The notes under the pieces: generated by a model
Database searches by the model: none
The model's input: only the letters and a program-made list of their open reading frames with translations
What the model was told of the DNA's origin: nothing
Program-made: the position numbers and the translations under genes
Part shown: piece by piece, positions 1-9,815 of the stretch
Layout of the letters: each line of letters starts with the position of its first letter
Numbering within the stretch: the stretch's first letter is position 1
Virus record (IMG/VR): IMGVR_UViG_3300023179_000070
Location: 1 to 64,000 of that record
Length of the DNA stretch: 64,000 nt
Source: a virus
Taxonomy: Duplodnaviria; Caudoviricetes
Reading direction: 5' to 3' (one strand)

Positions 1-213
1 CGCAAGTTAATACGCTTTCAACGAATTTAGCTGCGACTGGAAGTACGCTTGTAACGAATCTTGCTTCGACTGGTAGTTCGTTACAATCGCAAGTTAATAC
101 GCTTTCAACGAATTTAGCTGCGACTGGAAGTACGCTTGTAACGAATCTTGCTTCGACTGGTAGTTCGTTACAATCGCAAGTTAATACGCTTTCAACGAAT
201 TTAGCTGCGACTG
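1..213 (+). repeat. perfect 87-bp (29-codon) tandem repeat, at least 2.4 copies
   Basis: Units start at 1, 88 and 175 with identical sequence cgcaagttaatacgctttcaacgaatttagctgcgactgg... Confidence 0.95.
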
Positions 214-992
214 GTAATACTCTAAGTTCTAATATTAATTCATTGAGTGGAACACTTACTTCTACTTATGCTACAATAGTAAATTTAGCTTCTACGGGTT
301 CAACTTTAAATAAAAAAATAGATGATCTTAGTGGAGTATCTGTTCTTACTTATGGAGATCAATTAATTTTAGGTAATAAAACTTTTAATGGTAATACAAC
401 AATTAATAATTTATTTGTTACTGGTACTCAAACTATTGTAAATACAACAAATTTTAGCGTTCAAAGTCCTTATCTTCTTTTAAATCTTACTGGAGGAGCA
501 GTTGATGGTGGAATTTTCTTTGTTACTGGAGCGGGATTAACTGGACTAAATGATAGTGGTCCAATTATAGGCTTTGATCATAGTAATAAATTTAAATTTG
601 GCATAAGTACAAGAAATAGTGATCTTTCACCTTTATCTGATATTGCATCTGTACAAAATATTATAGCTTATAGTGGAGTAGCAGATAATAAATTTGCAAC
701 AATAATTAATTTAAACACAACGGGTTCAAATCTTCAAAATCAAATAAATACAATATTATCTAATCAACAAATATTTACAACATCATTAACACCTGGTAGT
801 GATGCTTATCAAATAAATTATCCAATACCTTTTAATTTAATACCTAAAATTCAAGCTACATTAGAAGTTCCAGGGAATATATTGTATAATTTAACTATAA
901 GTAATATTAACATGACAGGTTATACAGGTTTATTATCTGATGATTTAACTGAAAATGGTGCAAAAATACATACTTTTGCAAGCATACAGTAA
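3..992 (+). CDS. tail fibre-like protein, 5'-truncated by window edge
   Basis: The frame of ORF 243..992 stays open back to position 3 (QVNTLSTNLAATGSTLVTNLASTGSSLQS repeats); GDQLILGNKTF fibre motif shared with the next gene. Confidence 0.7.
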   Translation, partial: QVNTLSTNLAATGSTLVTNLASTGSSLQSQVNTLSTNLAATGSTLVTNLASTGSSLQSQVNTLSTNLAATGNTLSSNINSLSGTLTSTYATIVNLASTGSTLNKKIDDLSGVSVLTYGDQLILGNKTFNGNTTINNLFVTGTQTIVNTTNFSVQSPYLLLNLTGGAVDGGIFFVTGAGLTGLNDSGPIIGFDHSNKFKFGISTRNSDLSPLSDIASVQNIIAYSGVADNKFATIINLNTTGSNLQNQINTILSNQQIFTTSLTPGSDAYQINYPIPFNLIPKIQATLEVPGNILYNLTISNINMTGYTGLLSDDLTENGAKIHTFASIQ

Positions 993-1001
993 TACTATTA
1001 A

Positions 1002-1008
1002 GTGTAAT
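1002..1008 (+). promoter_or_regulatory. GTGTAAT putative phage late-promoter motif
   Basis: Same heptamer recurs in intergenic DNA before many structural genes. Confidence 0.6.
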
Positions 1009-1076
1009 TTTATTAGATTCTTTAGTTCGCCTTTAAAAGCGACAACTTAGCGCAAGCTAATAAAAAGAATAAGGAT

Positions 1077-3083
1077 ATGGCAAATATATTTAAGGCTAAA
1101 ACTTTAGTAGGTAAAAGTGGGATTTTTTCTCAAGAAGTAATTGCCCCTAATCTCGTTTATAATACTGGAAATCAAACTATATCTGGAATCAAAACTTTTG
1201 TTTCTCGCCCAACTGTAAATGGCACAGGAGTTTTGTTGAGCGGTGAAGCAGCAAGTCTTCCAATTACTATCGTTTATACTACTGGTAATCAAACTATTTC
1301 TGGTAATAAAAGTTTTGTTAATAATCTTGAAGTTCAAGGAACTGGTATTTTTAATGCTTTAGATTTAAGTAATATTAGTCAATTTGATTTCTCTGGAACA
1401 AATATTAGTTTAATAAATGGAAATGTTAATATTTCTGGAGGAACACTTTATATTTCTGGAAATCCAGTATTAACAATTTTACCAACTACAATTGTTTATA
1501 CTACGGGTAATCAAACTATATCAGGAACTAAAACTTTTTCAGCAAATACATATTTTCAAAATGATATTATTGTAACTGGAAATGCAAGAATATCAGGCGC
1601 AAGTTATTTTAATGATAATGTATACATAACAGGCAATTTAAGTGTTGGAGGTAATATAAATAACCCAACTTTAGTTTTGACAAAAAATAAACAAACTATA
1701 AGTGGAGATAAAACTTTTGCAGATATAGTTTCTCTTAATGCTTATATTGGAAATGGATATGATAGTTCTAATCTTGATTATCGTTTAAATATTGGTGGAA
1801 ATATAGATGAAAACGTAGGAATTCAAATAGATAGTTATGGAATAAATCCACCTCAAATTTTAATGAGAAGAGCTAGAGGAATACCTACTGGTCTTTCTGG
1901 AGTATTAAAAGATGATGTTTTATTTAATTTACAAGCAAGAGGTTATGTTTCTGGTTTAAACGCATATTCTCAAAATAGTAGAGCGGCTGTAAGATTATTA
2001 GCTGCAGAGGATTGGGTTGCAAGAGCAGGTTATACTGGCCAAGGAACTTATATTTTATTTAGAACAACTAATACTGGTAGTGGCCTAGCTATGGATAAAG
2101 TTATAATTGGAACTAGCGGACTTAATGTTTTAGATGGAAATATTTATGTAAGTGGAAATCAAGTATTAACTGGAATAGATCTAAGTCCTTACGCAACAAA
2201 TACAAATCTTATTGCAACTGGAAATACTTTAAATCAAAAAATAGATAATTTAAGTGGTACATCAGTTCTTGTATATGGAAATCAAATTATTTCTGGAAAT
2301 AAAACTTTTATAAATAATATAAATATTTCTGGTACAGGTATTTTTAATGCTTTAGACTTAAATAATATTGATGTACTAAGTATTTCTGGAGTCGATATCA
2401 ATATTAATAATGGAAATATTATTTCTAATGGAACAATAAATGGTACTAATCTAGTTTATAATACTGGTTCTCAAGATGTTTCTGGAATTAAAAATTTTAG
2501 CAATAGGCCAACAGTAAATGGCACAGGAATTTTGTTAAGTGGGGAAGTAGCTAATTTACCTTCAACGATAGTATATACAACAGGTAACCAAACTATAAGT
2601 GGATATAAAACTTTTAATGATGCTTCTGGAATAAATCTTACTAATGGAACATATAGAATTAATAATATTCCATATAATACATTTACAATAAACTTTTTAA
2701 GTAGTAATGCAAATTTAAGCACTGGTCATAATTATATTAGTAATGTTGGTGCAGGATATCAAAGTAGTGCAACAGATAGACTTATTCCAGTGATGGATAA
2801 TTGCACTGCCAGAAAAGCTTCAATAAGTTTATTAAATGCAGGAGCAGGTAATAATGTGGTTGGAATTACTGGGTACTTTATTAATACATCTTCAATTCCA
2901 CCTCAAACTGGAATAATAAATGCTTCAATTTCTGCTACTGTAGGTAGTACTCAATTTAGTTATACTGGAACTTTTGCTACTCCAATTAATATTTCAGTTG
3001 GAGATAATGTAACATGCTCTTTATTTAGCAATAATACAGCAACAAATGTTAGAACATCTGCGACAATATATTGTTATAATTAA
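1077..3083 (+). CDS. tail fibre protein with VYTTGNQTISGxKTF repeats
   Basis: About 7 copies of the (V)YxTGNQTISGxKTF motif; internal duplication of NLVYNTG...RPTVNGTG.LLSGE; G/T/S/N-rich. Confidence 0.75.
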   Translation: MANIFKAKTLVGKSGIFSQEVIAPNLVYNTGNQTISGIKTFVSRPTVNGTGVLLSGEAASLPITIVYTTGNQTISGNKSFVNNLEVQGTGIFNALDLSNISQFDFSGTNISLINGNVNISGGTLYISGNPVLTILPTTIVYTTGNQTISGTKTFSANTYFQNDIIVTGNARISGASYFNDNVYITGNLSVGGNINNPTLVLTKNKQTISGDKTFADIVSLNAYIGNGYDSSNLDYRLNIGGNIDENVGIQIDSYGINPPQILMRRARGIPTGLSGVLKDDVLFNLQARGYVSGLNAYSQNSRAAVRLLAAEDWVARAGYTGQGTYILFRTTNTGSGLAMDKVIIGTSGLNVLDGNIYVSGNQVLTGIDLSPYATNTNLIATGNTLNQKIDNLSGTSVLVYGNQIISGNKTFINNINISGTGIFNALDLNNIDVLSISGVDININNGNIISNGTINGTNLVYNTGSQDVSGIKNFSNRPTVNGTGILLSGEVANLPSTIVYTTGNQTISGYKTFNDASGINLTNGTYRINNIPYNTFTINFLSSNANLSTGHNYISNVGAGYQSSATDRLIPVMDNCTARKASISLLNAGAGNNVVGITGYFINTSSIPPQTGIINASISATVGSTQFSYTGTFATPINISVGDNVTCSLFSNNTATNVRTSATIYCYN

Positions 3084-3129
3084 TTAAAATTAATTTGAAA
3101 TTAATATTACATTTTATTATTATAATAAA

Positions 3130-3939
3130 ATGTCTGAAAAGCAAGTATTTTTTATTTCTGGCCTTCCTAGATCAGGCTCTACATTACTTTGTAATATTTT
3201 AGCTCAAAATCCAGAGTTTTTTGTTACTAAAGCTACTAGTGGTTGTGTTGAAGTACTATTTTCTATTAGAAATCAATGGGATAGAATAATAGAACATCAA
3301 GCAGAAGGAATAAATAGAAATCAATTAAAAAATGTATTGAAAGGATCTTTAAATTCTTATTATTTAACAAATAAAAATATTATATTTGACAAAGGGCGCG
3401 GATGGTTATCTATGATAGAAACTCTTGAATTTGCTTTAGATAAAAAAGTAAAACTAATTTGCACAGTAAGAAATATAAATGAAATTCTTGCATCTTTTGA
3501 AGGATTATGGCGTAATACAACTGGTCAAAGTCAATGGAATATAGAGCAAAATAATTATGAAAAATCTCTTACAGTTAAAGGTAGATGCGAGCTTTGGAGT
3601 GAAGCTGGTCAACCTCTTGGTTCTGCTTTTAATAGATTAAAAGATGCAATTGATAGAGGGCACAAAGATAGATTATTTTTCATGGAATTTGATAATTTAA
3701 CAACTTATCCAAAAGAAACTATTAAAAATATTTATGATTTTCTTGGTTTAGAGTATTATAATCATAATTTTGATAATGTTATACAAGTTACAAAAGAAGA
3801 TGACGATAATATACATAGAATCAAAGATCTTCATACAATTCGATCAGTTGTAAAACCAGTGCCACTAAAAGCATATCAAATACTTGGAGAAGTTGCTGAT
3901 AAATATGCAAATTTAGAATTTTGGCGTAATTTAAAATGA
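3130..3939 (+). CDS. sulfotransferase family protein
   Basis: N-terminal PAPS-binding motif ISGLPRSGSTLL; VRN...LAS second motif. Confidence 0.85.
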   Translation: MSEKQVFFISGLPRSGSTLLCNILAQNPEFFVTKATSGCVEVLFSIRNQWDRIIEHQAEGINRNQLKNVLKGSLNSYYLTNKNIIFDKGRGWLSMIETLEFALDKKVKLICTVRNINEILASFEGLWRNTTGQSQWNIEQNNYEKSLTVKGRCELWSEAGQPLGSAFNRLKDAIDRGHKDRLFFMEFDNLTTYPKETIKNIYDFLGLEYYNHNFDNVIQVTKEDDDNIHRIKDLHTIRSVVKPVPLKAYQILGEVADKYANLEFWRNLK

Positions 3940-4802
3940 AAACTATAGTATTTTTTTTACAAGGTGGTATAGGTAAACATATAGCAGCAACTGCTGTAGT
4001 CGAAAATATAACCAAAAATTATCCAGATAGAAAATTGATTGTAATATGCCCATATCCAGAAGTTTTTCTTAATAATCCATTTATTTATAGAATTTATAGA
4101 TCAAATACTGCTCAATATTTTTATGAAGATTTTATAAAAAATAAAGATGTAATATTCTTAGGTAACGAAGTATATCAGTCTCATGCATATGTAGTAGAAA
4201 AAAAACATTTAATTGAAGCATGGTGCAATATGTTTGGATTAAAATATACTGGAGAAAATCCCAGATTATTTTTAAACTATCCAGAAGTTATAGATGTTGC
4301 TAAAAAATATAATAAAAATAAACCATTATTACTTCTTCAAACTAATGGAGGAGGAGATGGAAATCATTACAATTGGGCTAGAGATTTACCAGAATTTTTA
4401 GTTAAAGATTTAATAAATAAATTAAAAGATAATTATCATATATACCATATTGCACGAAATGATCAAATTTCATATGAACATACAGAAAAAGTTAGCGCTC
4501 ATTGGAGAGAAATTTTTTGTCTGATTAGCTTAAGTCAAAAACGATTATTTATAGATTCTTTTGCTCAACATGCATCTGCTGCCCTTAGTCTACCTTCGAC
4601 TGTTTGTTGGATAAGCACTAATCCAGATCATTTAGGGTATAATATACATAAAAATATACTAGCAAAAGATCATGCCAAAATATTTACTCATAATATAGAT
4701 GGAATTGTTATGGAAAAGGAGTTTGCTGGATTACCCCATCAATGCAATTACAATATATTACAAGCTTTTAATAAAGAAGAAATACTATCAACTTTGCTTT
4801 AA
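3936..4802 (+). CDS. GT9-like (heptosyltransferase-type) glycosyltransferase
   Basis: GGIGK N-terminal loop, NNPFI, IDSFAQHASAAL motif. Confidence 0.7.
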   Translation: MKTIVFFLQGGIGKHIAATAVVENITKNYPDRKLIVICPYPEVFLNNPFIYRIYRSNTAQYFYEDFIKNKDVIFLGNEVYQSHAYVVEKKHLIEAWCNMFGLKYTGENPRLFLNYPEVIDVAKKYNKNKPLLLLQTNGGGDGNHYNWARDLPEFLVKDLINKLKDNYHIYHIARNDQISYEHTEKVSAHWREIFCLISLSQKRLFIDSFAQHASAALSLPSTVCWISTNPDHLGYNIHKNILAKDHAKIFTHNIDGIVMEKEFAGLPHQCNYNILQAFNKEEILSTLL

Positions 4803-4817
4803 ATTATTATATTTAAA

Positions 4818-4824
4818 GTGTAAT
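4818..4824 (+). promoter_or_regulatory. GTGTAAT motif, 7 nt before ATG (leaderless)
   Basis: GTGTAAT-TTAAGGT-ATG at 4832. Confidence 0.6.
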
Positions 4825-4831
4825 TTAAGGT

Positions 4832-5341
4832 ATGATCATTAATACTGTAACATCTATTGCACAAGAAATATATGAAGAAATAGGCGAACCATCAGATTTA
4901 AGTATAGCTGCTATCGCTGCATGGGTAAGAAGAAATATTGGTGGTTTAGGCAATTTATTGAATAATTCTTACTCAATTGATGATACAACTCTAGAAATAG
5001 CTCCTAAACTTGCTGATATAGAAAAATATATACTTAAAAAAATGTATTCAATTTACTTTTTTGATATTAAAATTAAAAGTACTGGAAGTTTAGCAATAAA
5101 TGATTATGTTGTTATAAAAGATGATATTGCTAGTGTCCAAAAATTAAATAAAAATGAAGTATTAAGAAATTTCTATATGATACGTAAACAAGAGTACGAA
5201 GAATTAAAGCAATTAGTTTATCAATATAAACTTAATAACTCTTCCCCATTACAAGTAGCTGGTGATGATACAGAAGCTGGCAACTATAAATTTGAGAAAG
5301 AGCCATTATATTATATCAGAACGATTTACTATGCGTCATAA
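4832..5341 (+). CDS. putative head-tail adaptor
   Basis: First of four neck-sized genes preceding the tail tube; assigned by synteny only. Confidence 0.4.
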   Translation: MIINTVTSIAQEIYEEIGEPSDLSIAAIAAWVRRNIGGLGNLLNNSYSIDDTTLEIAPKLADIEKYILKKMYSIYFFDIKIKSTGSLAINDYVVIKDDIASVQKLNKNEVLRNFYMIRKQEYEELKQLVYQYKLNNSSPLQVAGDDTEAGNYKFEKEPLYYIRTIYYAS

Positions 5342-5343
5342 TT

Positions 5344-5784
5344 ATGAGCTATATTCCTTCAGATGTTGCAGCTGGATTTTCTCAGGAATATGATCAATTT
5401 TTTGATTATTTTTCAAGAGAATTTGTAGTACACAAAGATCCAATACAAGTTATTAATCAAGTTCAAAGTCCAACTTTATATGGATATGGTGGTGCATCTG
5501 ATCCAGTAAATTATACCTATATACCTGTAACAGGAGTTTTTAGAGGAAGAATATATTATAATAACGCAAGAGATGTAGATGCTGTTAATAGTGAATTAAA
5601 ATTGGTTTTTGCACGAGGAGATGTCACATTAAAAGTCAAACAACCAGCAAGAGATTTTATAGCAAATGGAAGAACTTTAAAAGTAGAATTTGATGGAAAA
5701 TCATGGAATGTTATTACTGAAGACGTTACTAAAGTATATTTGGATAAAAAATATTATATTTATGGATTAGAACAGGCAAAATAA
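5344..5784 (+). CDS. putative head-closure (stopper) protein
   Basis: Size, beta-rich C-terminus (KVEFDGKSWNV) and position. Confidence 0.4.
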   Translation: MSYIPSDVAAGFSQEYDQFFDYFSREFVVHKDPIQVINQVQSPTLYGYGGASDPVNYTYIPVTGVFRGRIYYNNARDVDAVNSELKLVFARGDVTLKVKQPARDFIANGRTLKVEFDGKSWNVITEDVTKVYLDKKYYIYGLEQAK

Positions 5785-5785
5785 T

Positions 5786-6373
5786 ATGGCAAGTAAAATT
5801 AATTTTAATCAAGTTAAAAAAGAAATTTCAAATAATTATAAAAGAGCTATTGAACGACAAGGACTCAGTTTAGCTAGAGAAATTTTAGAAGAAAATAAAA
5901 ATAAATATATTGACGAAATTGAAAATCATCCAGTGTCTAAAGAACTACAAGAGGGACCAGAAGGAGAAAATTTAAGTGATACTTTAGATGGAAAAGAAAA
6001 TTTATTCGCTTTCATTGGTTTTGATGTTAATAGAAAACCAGTTAAAGAATTAACCGATTTTATAAAAGACAATACTTCTTTAGATAGAAAATCTATTTTT
6101 GACGAGGAAAAACTTGAATTAAAATTCAACGTTACTACTCCTTCATTAGATGAAATAAAATCTGCAACTCCATTACCATTTGAAGGTGGAATAAGCTGGG
6201 TTAAGGGAATTGAAGATGGAATTTCTGGTTTTGGTTACTATGTTTATGGAATGTTCAAACAAAGCAGATCTAAACATGGTATACAATCTAAAAATAAAGT
6301 TAGATCTCTTAACTATAGACCAGTAAAATATATGAGTGAATTATATAATAAATTCATAAAAAATTTAAAATAA
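5786..6373 (+). CDS. putative neck/tail-completion protein
   Basis: Synteny; WVKGIEDG motif and basic C-terminus resemble HK97 gp10-type proteins. Confidence 0.4.
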   Translation: MASKINFNQVKKEISNNYKRAIERQGLSLAREILEENKNKYIDEIENHPVSKELQEGPEGENLSDTLDGKENLFAFIGFDVNRKPVKELTDFIKDNTSLDRKSIFDEEKLELKFNVTTPSLDEIKSATPLPFEGGISWVKGIEDGISGFGYYVYGMFKQSRSKHGIQSKNKVRSLNYRPVKYMSELYNKFIKNLK

Positions 6374-6374
6374 T

Positions 6375-7247
6375 ATGCTACCACAATACGACAATATATT
6401 AATGACTAGTATGCTTTTTTGGTTAGATAATAAAATCTTAACCAAAGGACAAGCTTATACAAATTATCAAAGCGTATTTTATCCTGTTCCAAATATGTAT
6501 TATGGATATTATACTTATGGCGCACCATTTAAACAGATGGTGATAGATTGTTCTGTAAGTGGGGCTAATATTATAAGTGGAGTATATGTAAGTGGAGTTT
6601 TCACTACCCCAGGACAAGGAACTTTAAGTGGCATAAATGCTCAAGAAGGCCAATTATATTTTAGTCAACCAATTACTAATCCTACTATAGCTTTAAGTGG
6701 AAATTATGCAGTTAAAGATTTTAATGTATATTTAACTAGCAAACCAGAAGAATTTTTATTATTTGAAACTGCATATGAGGTAAATCCAAAAACATATCAA
6801 AATCCAACTGGATTACCAATTAATGCTAATACGTATCCTATTATATATTTAAAATATCAAGGTGGCAAAAATAAACCATTTGCATTTGGTGGCATGGACC
6901 AAACTGTTAGTAATGTAAGAGCAATTATTATGGCTGATAGCGTATTTAATTTAGATGCTGTAACAAGTATAATGAAAGACTCTGTACGTCAAAATGTGCC
7001 ATTATTATATCCAGAAGATATGCCATTTAATTCATTAGGAAGTATTATTGATCCAGAAGGATGTTTTAATTATATTGAGCATATTACTGGTAAAATTGTT
7101 GATTATGATTATTCATATATTAATGATGTAAATGTTAGTAAAACTGATACAAGATTATTACAAGGTACAAATAGCTTAAATAGACATGTATATTCAGCTT
7201 TTGTTGATTTTGAAATAATTAAAAATAGACACCCTAGACAAGAATAA
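6375..7247 (+). CDS. putative tail terminator protein
   Basis: Immediately precedes the tail tube; YPIIYL and C-terminal FVDFEI pattern. Confidence 0.45.
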   Translation: MLPQYDNILMTSMLFWLDNKILTKGQAYTNYQSVFYPVPNMYYGYYTYGAPFKQMVIDCSVSGANIISGVYVSGVFTTPGQGTLSGINAQEGQLYFSQPITNPTIALSGNYAVKDFNVYLTSKPEEFLLFETAYEVNPKTYQNPTGLPINANTYPIIYLKYQGGKNKPFAFGGMDQTVSNVRAIIMADSVFNLDAVTSIMKDSVRQNVPLLYPEDMPFNSLGSIIDPEGCFNYIEHITGKIVDYDYSYINDVNVSKTDTRLLQGTNSLNRHVYSAFVDFEIIKNRHPRQE

Positions 7248-7274
7248 AAAAATAAGAAAAAAATAAAAAATAAG

Positions 7275-7281
7275 GTGTAAT
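7275..7281 (+). promoter_or_regulatory. GTGTAAT motif upstream of tail tube gene
   Basis: Recurrent motif, followed by a GGAGA RBS before ATG 7306. Confidence 0.6.
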
Positions 7282-7305
7282 AACAATAAATGGAGAACAA
7301 ATAAT

Positions 7306-8457
7306 ATGGCAAGAAATCGTATAATTTATCAATCTGAAGCTTTATATGCTGGTCCATCACCAGCCACAGGTTTTCACTTAACTTCTGGAGCCAACATTCC
7401 TTGGGTTGGACCAACTGGAAATTCTTTAATTAATCAACTTCAAAGAATCCAAACAGCTAATTATAGCTTTTCAGTAGATCGTACTGATGTAAATCAATTT
7501 GGTCAATTAGCAGCTATTGATCGTGTTATCTTAACAAATCCAACAGTTAATCTTGATTTTAGTTATGTTTTAGCAAATCTTGCTAATGAAAATAATTTAG
7601 GATTTACAATTACTACAGCTACTGGTGGTGGTGGCGTAGAAGTTTCTGCTATTTCTGGAATTCTAAATGGAACACAAGACGAAAGAAATTATTTTATACG
7701 CACAGTGCCAGAAGGTAATGATGCGGTAAATTATTCAGATACAACAAGTAGCAACAATGGTGTTATTGGAATTGGAAATGGATTTATTAGTTCTTATGCA
7801 ACAGAAGGTTCTGTAGGAAACTTCCCAACCACAACAATTAAAGTTGAAGGTTTGAATATGAATTTCCAAAAAGGCTTGAGCGGAAATTATGTTCCAGCAG
7901 TTAATCCAACAGATGGTTCTGCATTATCAAATTACTACCAATTGCCACTCACAGTCCAAAATATGGGAACAAGTAGCGCAAGTGGAATTAGCGCTTTGCG
8001 CCCAGGAGATATTACTCTAACAATACCTCAAACAACTGGTGGTGGAGCAGATACTACAACAATGAATATTCAAAGCTACAGTCTAACATTTGATTTGGCT
8101 CGTACTCCAATTCAAAAATTGGGAAGTAGATTTGCATTCACAAGACCAATTAATTTCCCACTCTCTGTAAATCTAAGTGTTGATGCACAAGTTACAGATA
8201 TTATTACTGGAAATATTGCTGATCTAGTTTGTGATGATTCAACAACTTACACCCCAATTATAACAATTAAAGAGCCTGCTTGTGATAAAACAACAGCAAA
8301 AACAGTTGCTCAATATAAATTAAAAGGTGCCAAGTTAAATAGTCAAGAGTTTAGTTCTGATATCGGTAAGAATAAGACAGTAACTCTAACATTTAGCGCT
8401 CAAGTTGGAGGCCCACAAGATACACTTCGTGGATTATATATTAGCGGATTAGTTTAA
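7306..8457 (+). CDS. major tail tube protein
   Basis: Strong RBS, own terminator, beta-strand-rich, located upstream of chaperones and tape measure. Confidence 0.7.
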   Translation: MARNRIIYQSEALYAGPSPATGFHLTSGANIPWVGPTGNSLINQLQRIQTANYSFSVDRTDVNQFGQLAAIDRVILTNPTVNLDFSYVLANLANENNLGFTITTATGGGGVEVSAISGILNGTQDERNYFIRTVPEGNDAVNYSDTTSSNNGVIGIGNGFISSYATEGSVGNFPTTTIKVEGLNMNFQKGLSGNYVPAVNPTDGSALSNYYQLPLTVQNMGTSSASGISALRPGDITLTIPQTTGGGADTTTMNIQSYSLTFDLARTPIQKLGSRFAFTRPINFPLSVNLSVDAQVTDIITGNIADLVCDDSTTYTPIITIKEPACDKTTAKTVAQYKLKGAKLNSQEFSSDIGKNKTVTLTFSAQVGGPQDTLRGLYISGLV

Positions 8458-8477
8458 TATATAATTTAGTTAAAATT

Positions 8478-8511
8478 AAAATAACCCTCGCTTATGCGGG
8501 GGTTATTTTTT
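8478..8511 (+). terminator. intrinsic terminator
   Basis: AAAATAACCCTCGC-TTAT-GCGGGGGTTATTTTTT hairpin with U tract. Confidence 0.85.
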
Positions 8512-8512
8512 G

Positions 8513-8519
8513 GTGTAAT
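8513..8519 (+). promoter_or_regulatory. GTGTAAT motif restarting transcription right after the terminator
   Basis: Recurrent motif. Confidence 0.6.
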
Positions 8520-8557
8520 AGATTGTAGGTTAAAGGTTAAAATAAAGGTAAAAGATT

Positions 8558-8782
8558 ATGGAAAATGATCCTATAAAAGATATTACTCTTTTTCAGATAA
8601 AGAGAAAAATTACAAATATATATAAGAATTTCTTTTTTATTCTTGAAGATTTAAGTGATTCTGGATATAATATAAATGATGAAACTTATCAAAAAATTCG
8701 TAAAAGAGTACTCGATAATGCTAATGATGCAGTAAGAGAGATCGAAGAAAGTTTCAGTAAAATTAATATAACATTAAAATGA
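8558..8782 (+). CDS. hypothetical protein (tail module)
   Basis: 74-aa ORF, ATGA overlap with next gene. Confidence 0.7.
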   Translation: MENDPIKDITLFQIKRKITNIYKNFFFILEDLSDSGYNINDETYQKIRKRVLDNANDAVREIEESFSKINITLK

Positions 8783-9054
8783 AATCTAAAAGATTAAATT
8801 ATAATTTTCCTATAGATGAAATAATTGAAGGAAATCTTTCTGTTCAAAGTATTCAAAAAAGTTTAAAAGATAATTTTGGAATCTTGAAACCAAGTTTGAC
8901 AACATTTAAAAATCCTAATTTTATTAAAAATTATCAAAATTGGGATGATAATAAAAAACATCAATTTATTAAAACAATTGGTGGGGTAGTTTACTATGGT
9001 AAAATCAAAAATTATTTACAAGATTTAATTAATAATAATGGAGAAAAAATATGA
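8779..9054 (+). CDS. hypothetical protein
   Basis: 91-aa ORF with ATGA overlaps on both sides. Confidence 0.65.
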   Translation: MKSKRLNYNFPIDEIIEGNLSVQSIQKSLKDNFGILKPSLTTFKNPNFIKNYQNWDDNKKHQFIKTIGGVVYYGKIKNYLQDLINNNGEKI

Positions 9055-9800
9055 AAACAATGTTTGAATTTGATATCTATCAAGAAAAAGAAATTGAAAA
9101 AGTAGATGTTTCTACTAATGAAAAAGGTGAAGAAGTAAAGATAACTTCTAAAGTTAAAACTACAATTCCAGTTAAACTAGGGATTAAAAAACCAACAAGA
9201 AGTCTTTTTGATGAAGCCGAATTGTTTTATGGAGTTAGACTTTCAGAAGGTATTAAAGCTGGATTATTGACTCGCGCACTACTTGCTAAAAGATTTAATA
9301 ATGATGGCGGAGTTCTAAGTGACGAAGAGCAAAAAGAGTATAATGATCTATATGTAGATTTTTTTAATCTTCAGGGCGATTTTCAAAAATTATCAATTAA
9401 AGAAGAGGCTATACGTTCACCAGAAGAGAAGAAAGAAGTTCAAAATATCATAGAAAAAATGACTGCAGCCAGAGAAAGATTACAAAAGTATGAGATGGCT
9501 CAAGCAAATCTATTTGAACAAACTGCAGAAAATAGGGCTAGAAATAAAACTATTATGTGGTGGGTACTTCAACTTAGTCTTATTGAAGGCGAAGATAAAA
9601 AGTTGAAAGAATTATTTACAGGTAATTCTTATGAAGAAAAACTTAAAAAATATGATGAAATTGAAGAATCTGATAATGTTCTAGAAAAAACAGCATTACA
9701 AAAACTACTTTATTTAATTAGTTTTTGGTATATTGGAAGAGCTGCAACTCAAGAAGAATTTGAAAAACTTTTGAATTTAATGCAAAAAAGTGATAAATAA
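9051..9800 (+). CDS. putative tail assembly chaperone
   Basis: Charged helical protein between tail tube and tape measure. Confidence 0.5.
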   Translation: MKTMFEFDIYQEKEIEKVDVSTNEKGEEVKITSKVKTTIPVKLGIKKPTRSLFDEAELFYGVRLSEGIKAGLLTRALLAKRFNNDGGVLSDEEQKEYNDLYVDFFNLQGDFQKLSIKEEAIRSPEEKKEVQNIIEKMTAARERLQKYEMAQANLFEQTAENRARNKTIMWWVLQLSLIEGEDKKLKELFTGNSYEEKLKKYDEIEESDNVLEKTALQKLLYLISFWYIGRAATQEEFEKLLNLMQKSDK

Positions 9801-9815
9801 TTAAGGTAAACGTGA

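Noticed and set aside
1-213. CRISPR array
   Set aside because: Contiguous in-frame coding repeats with no unique spacers
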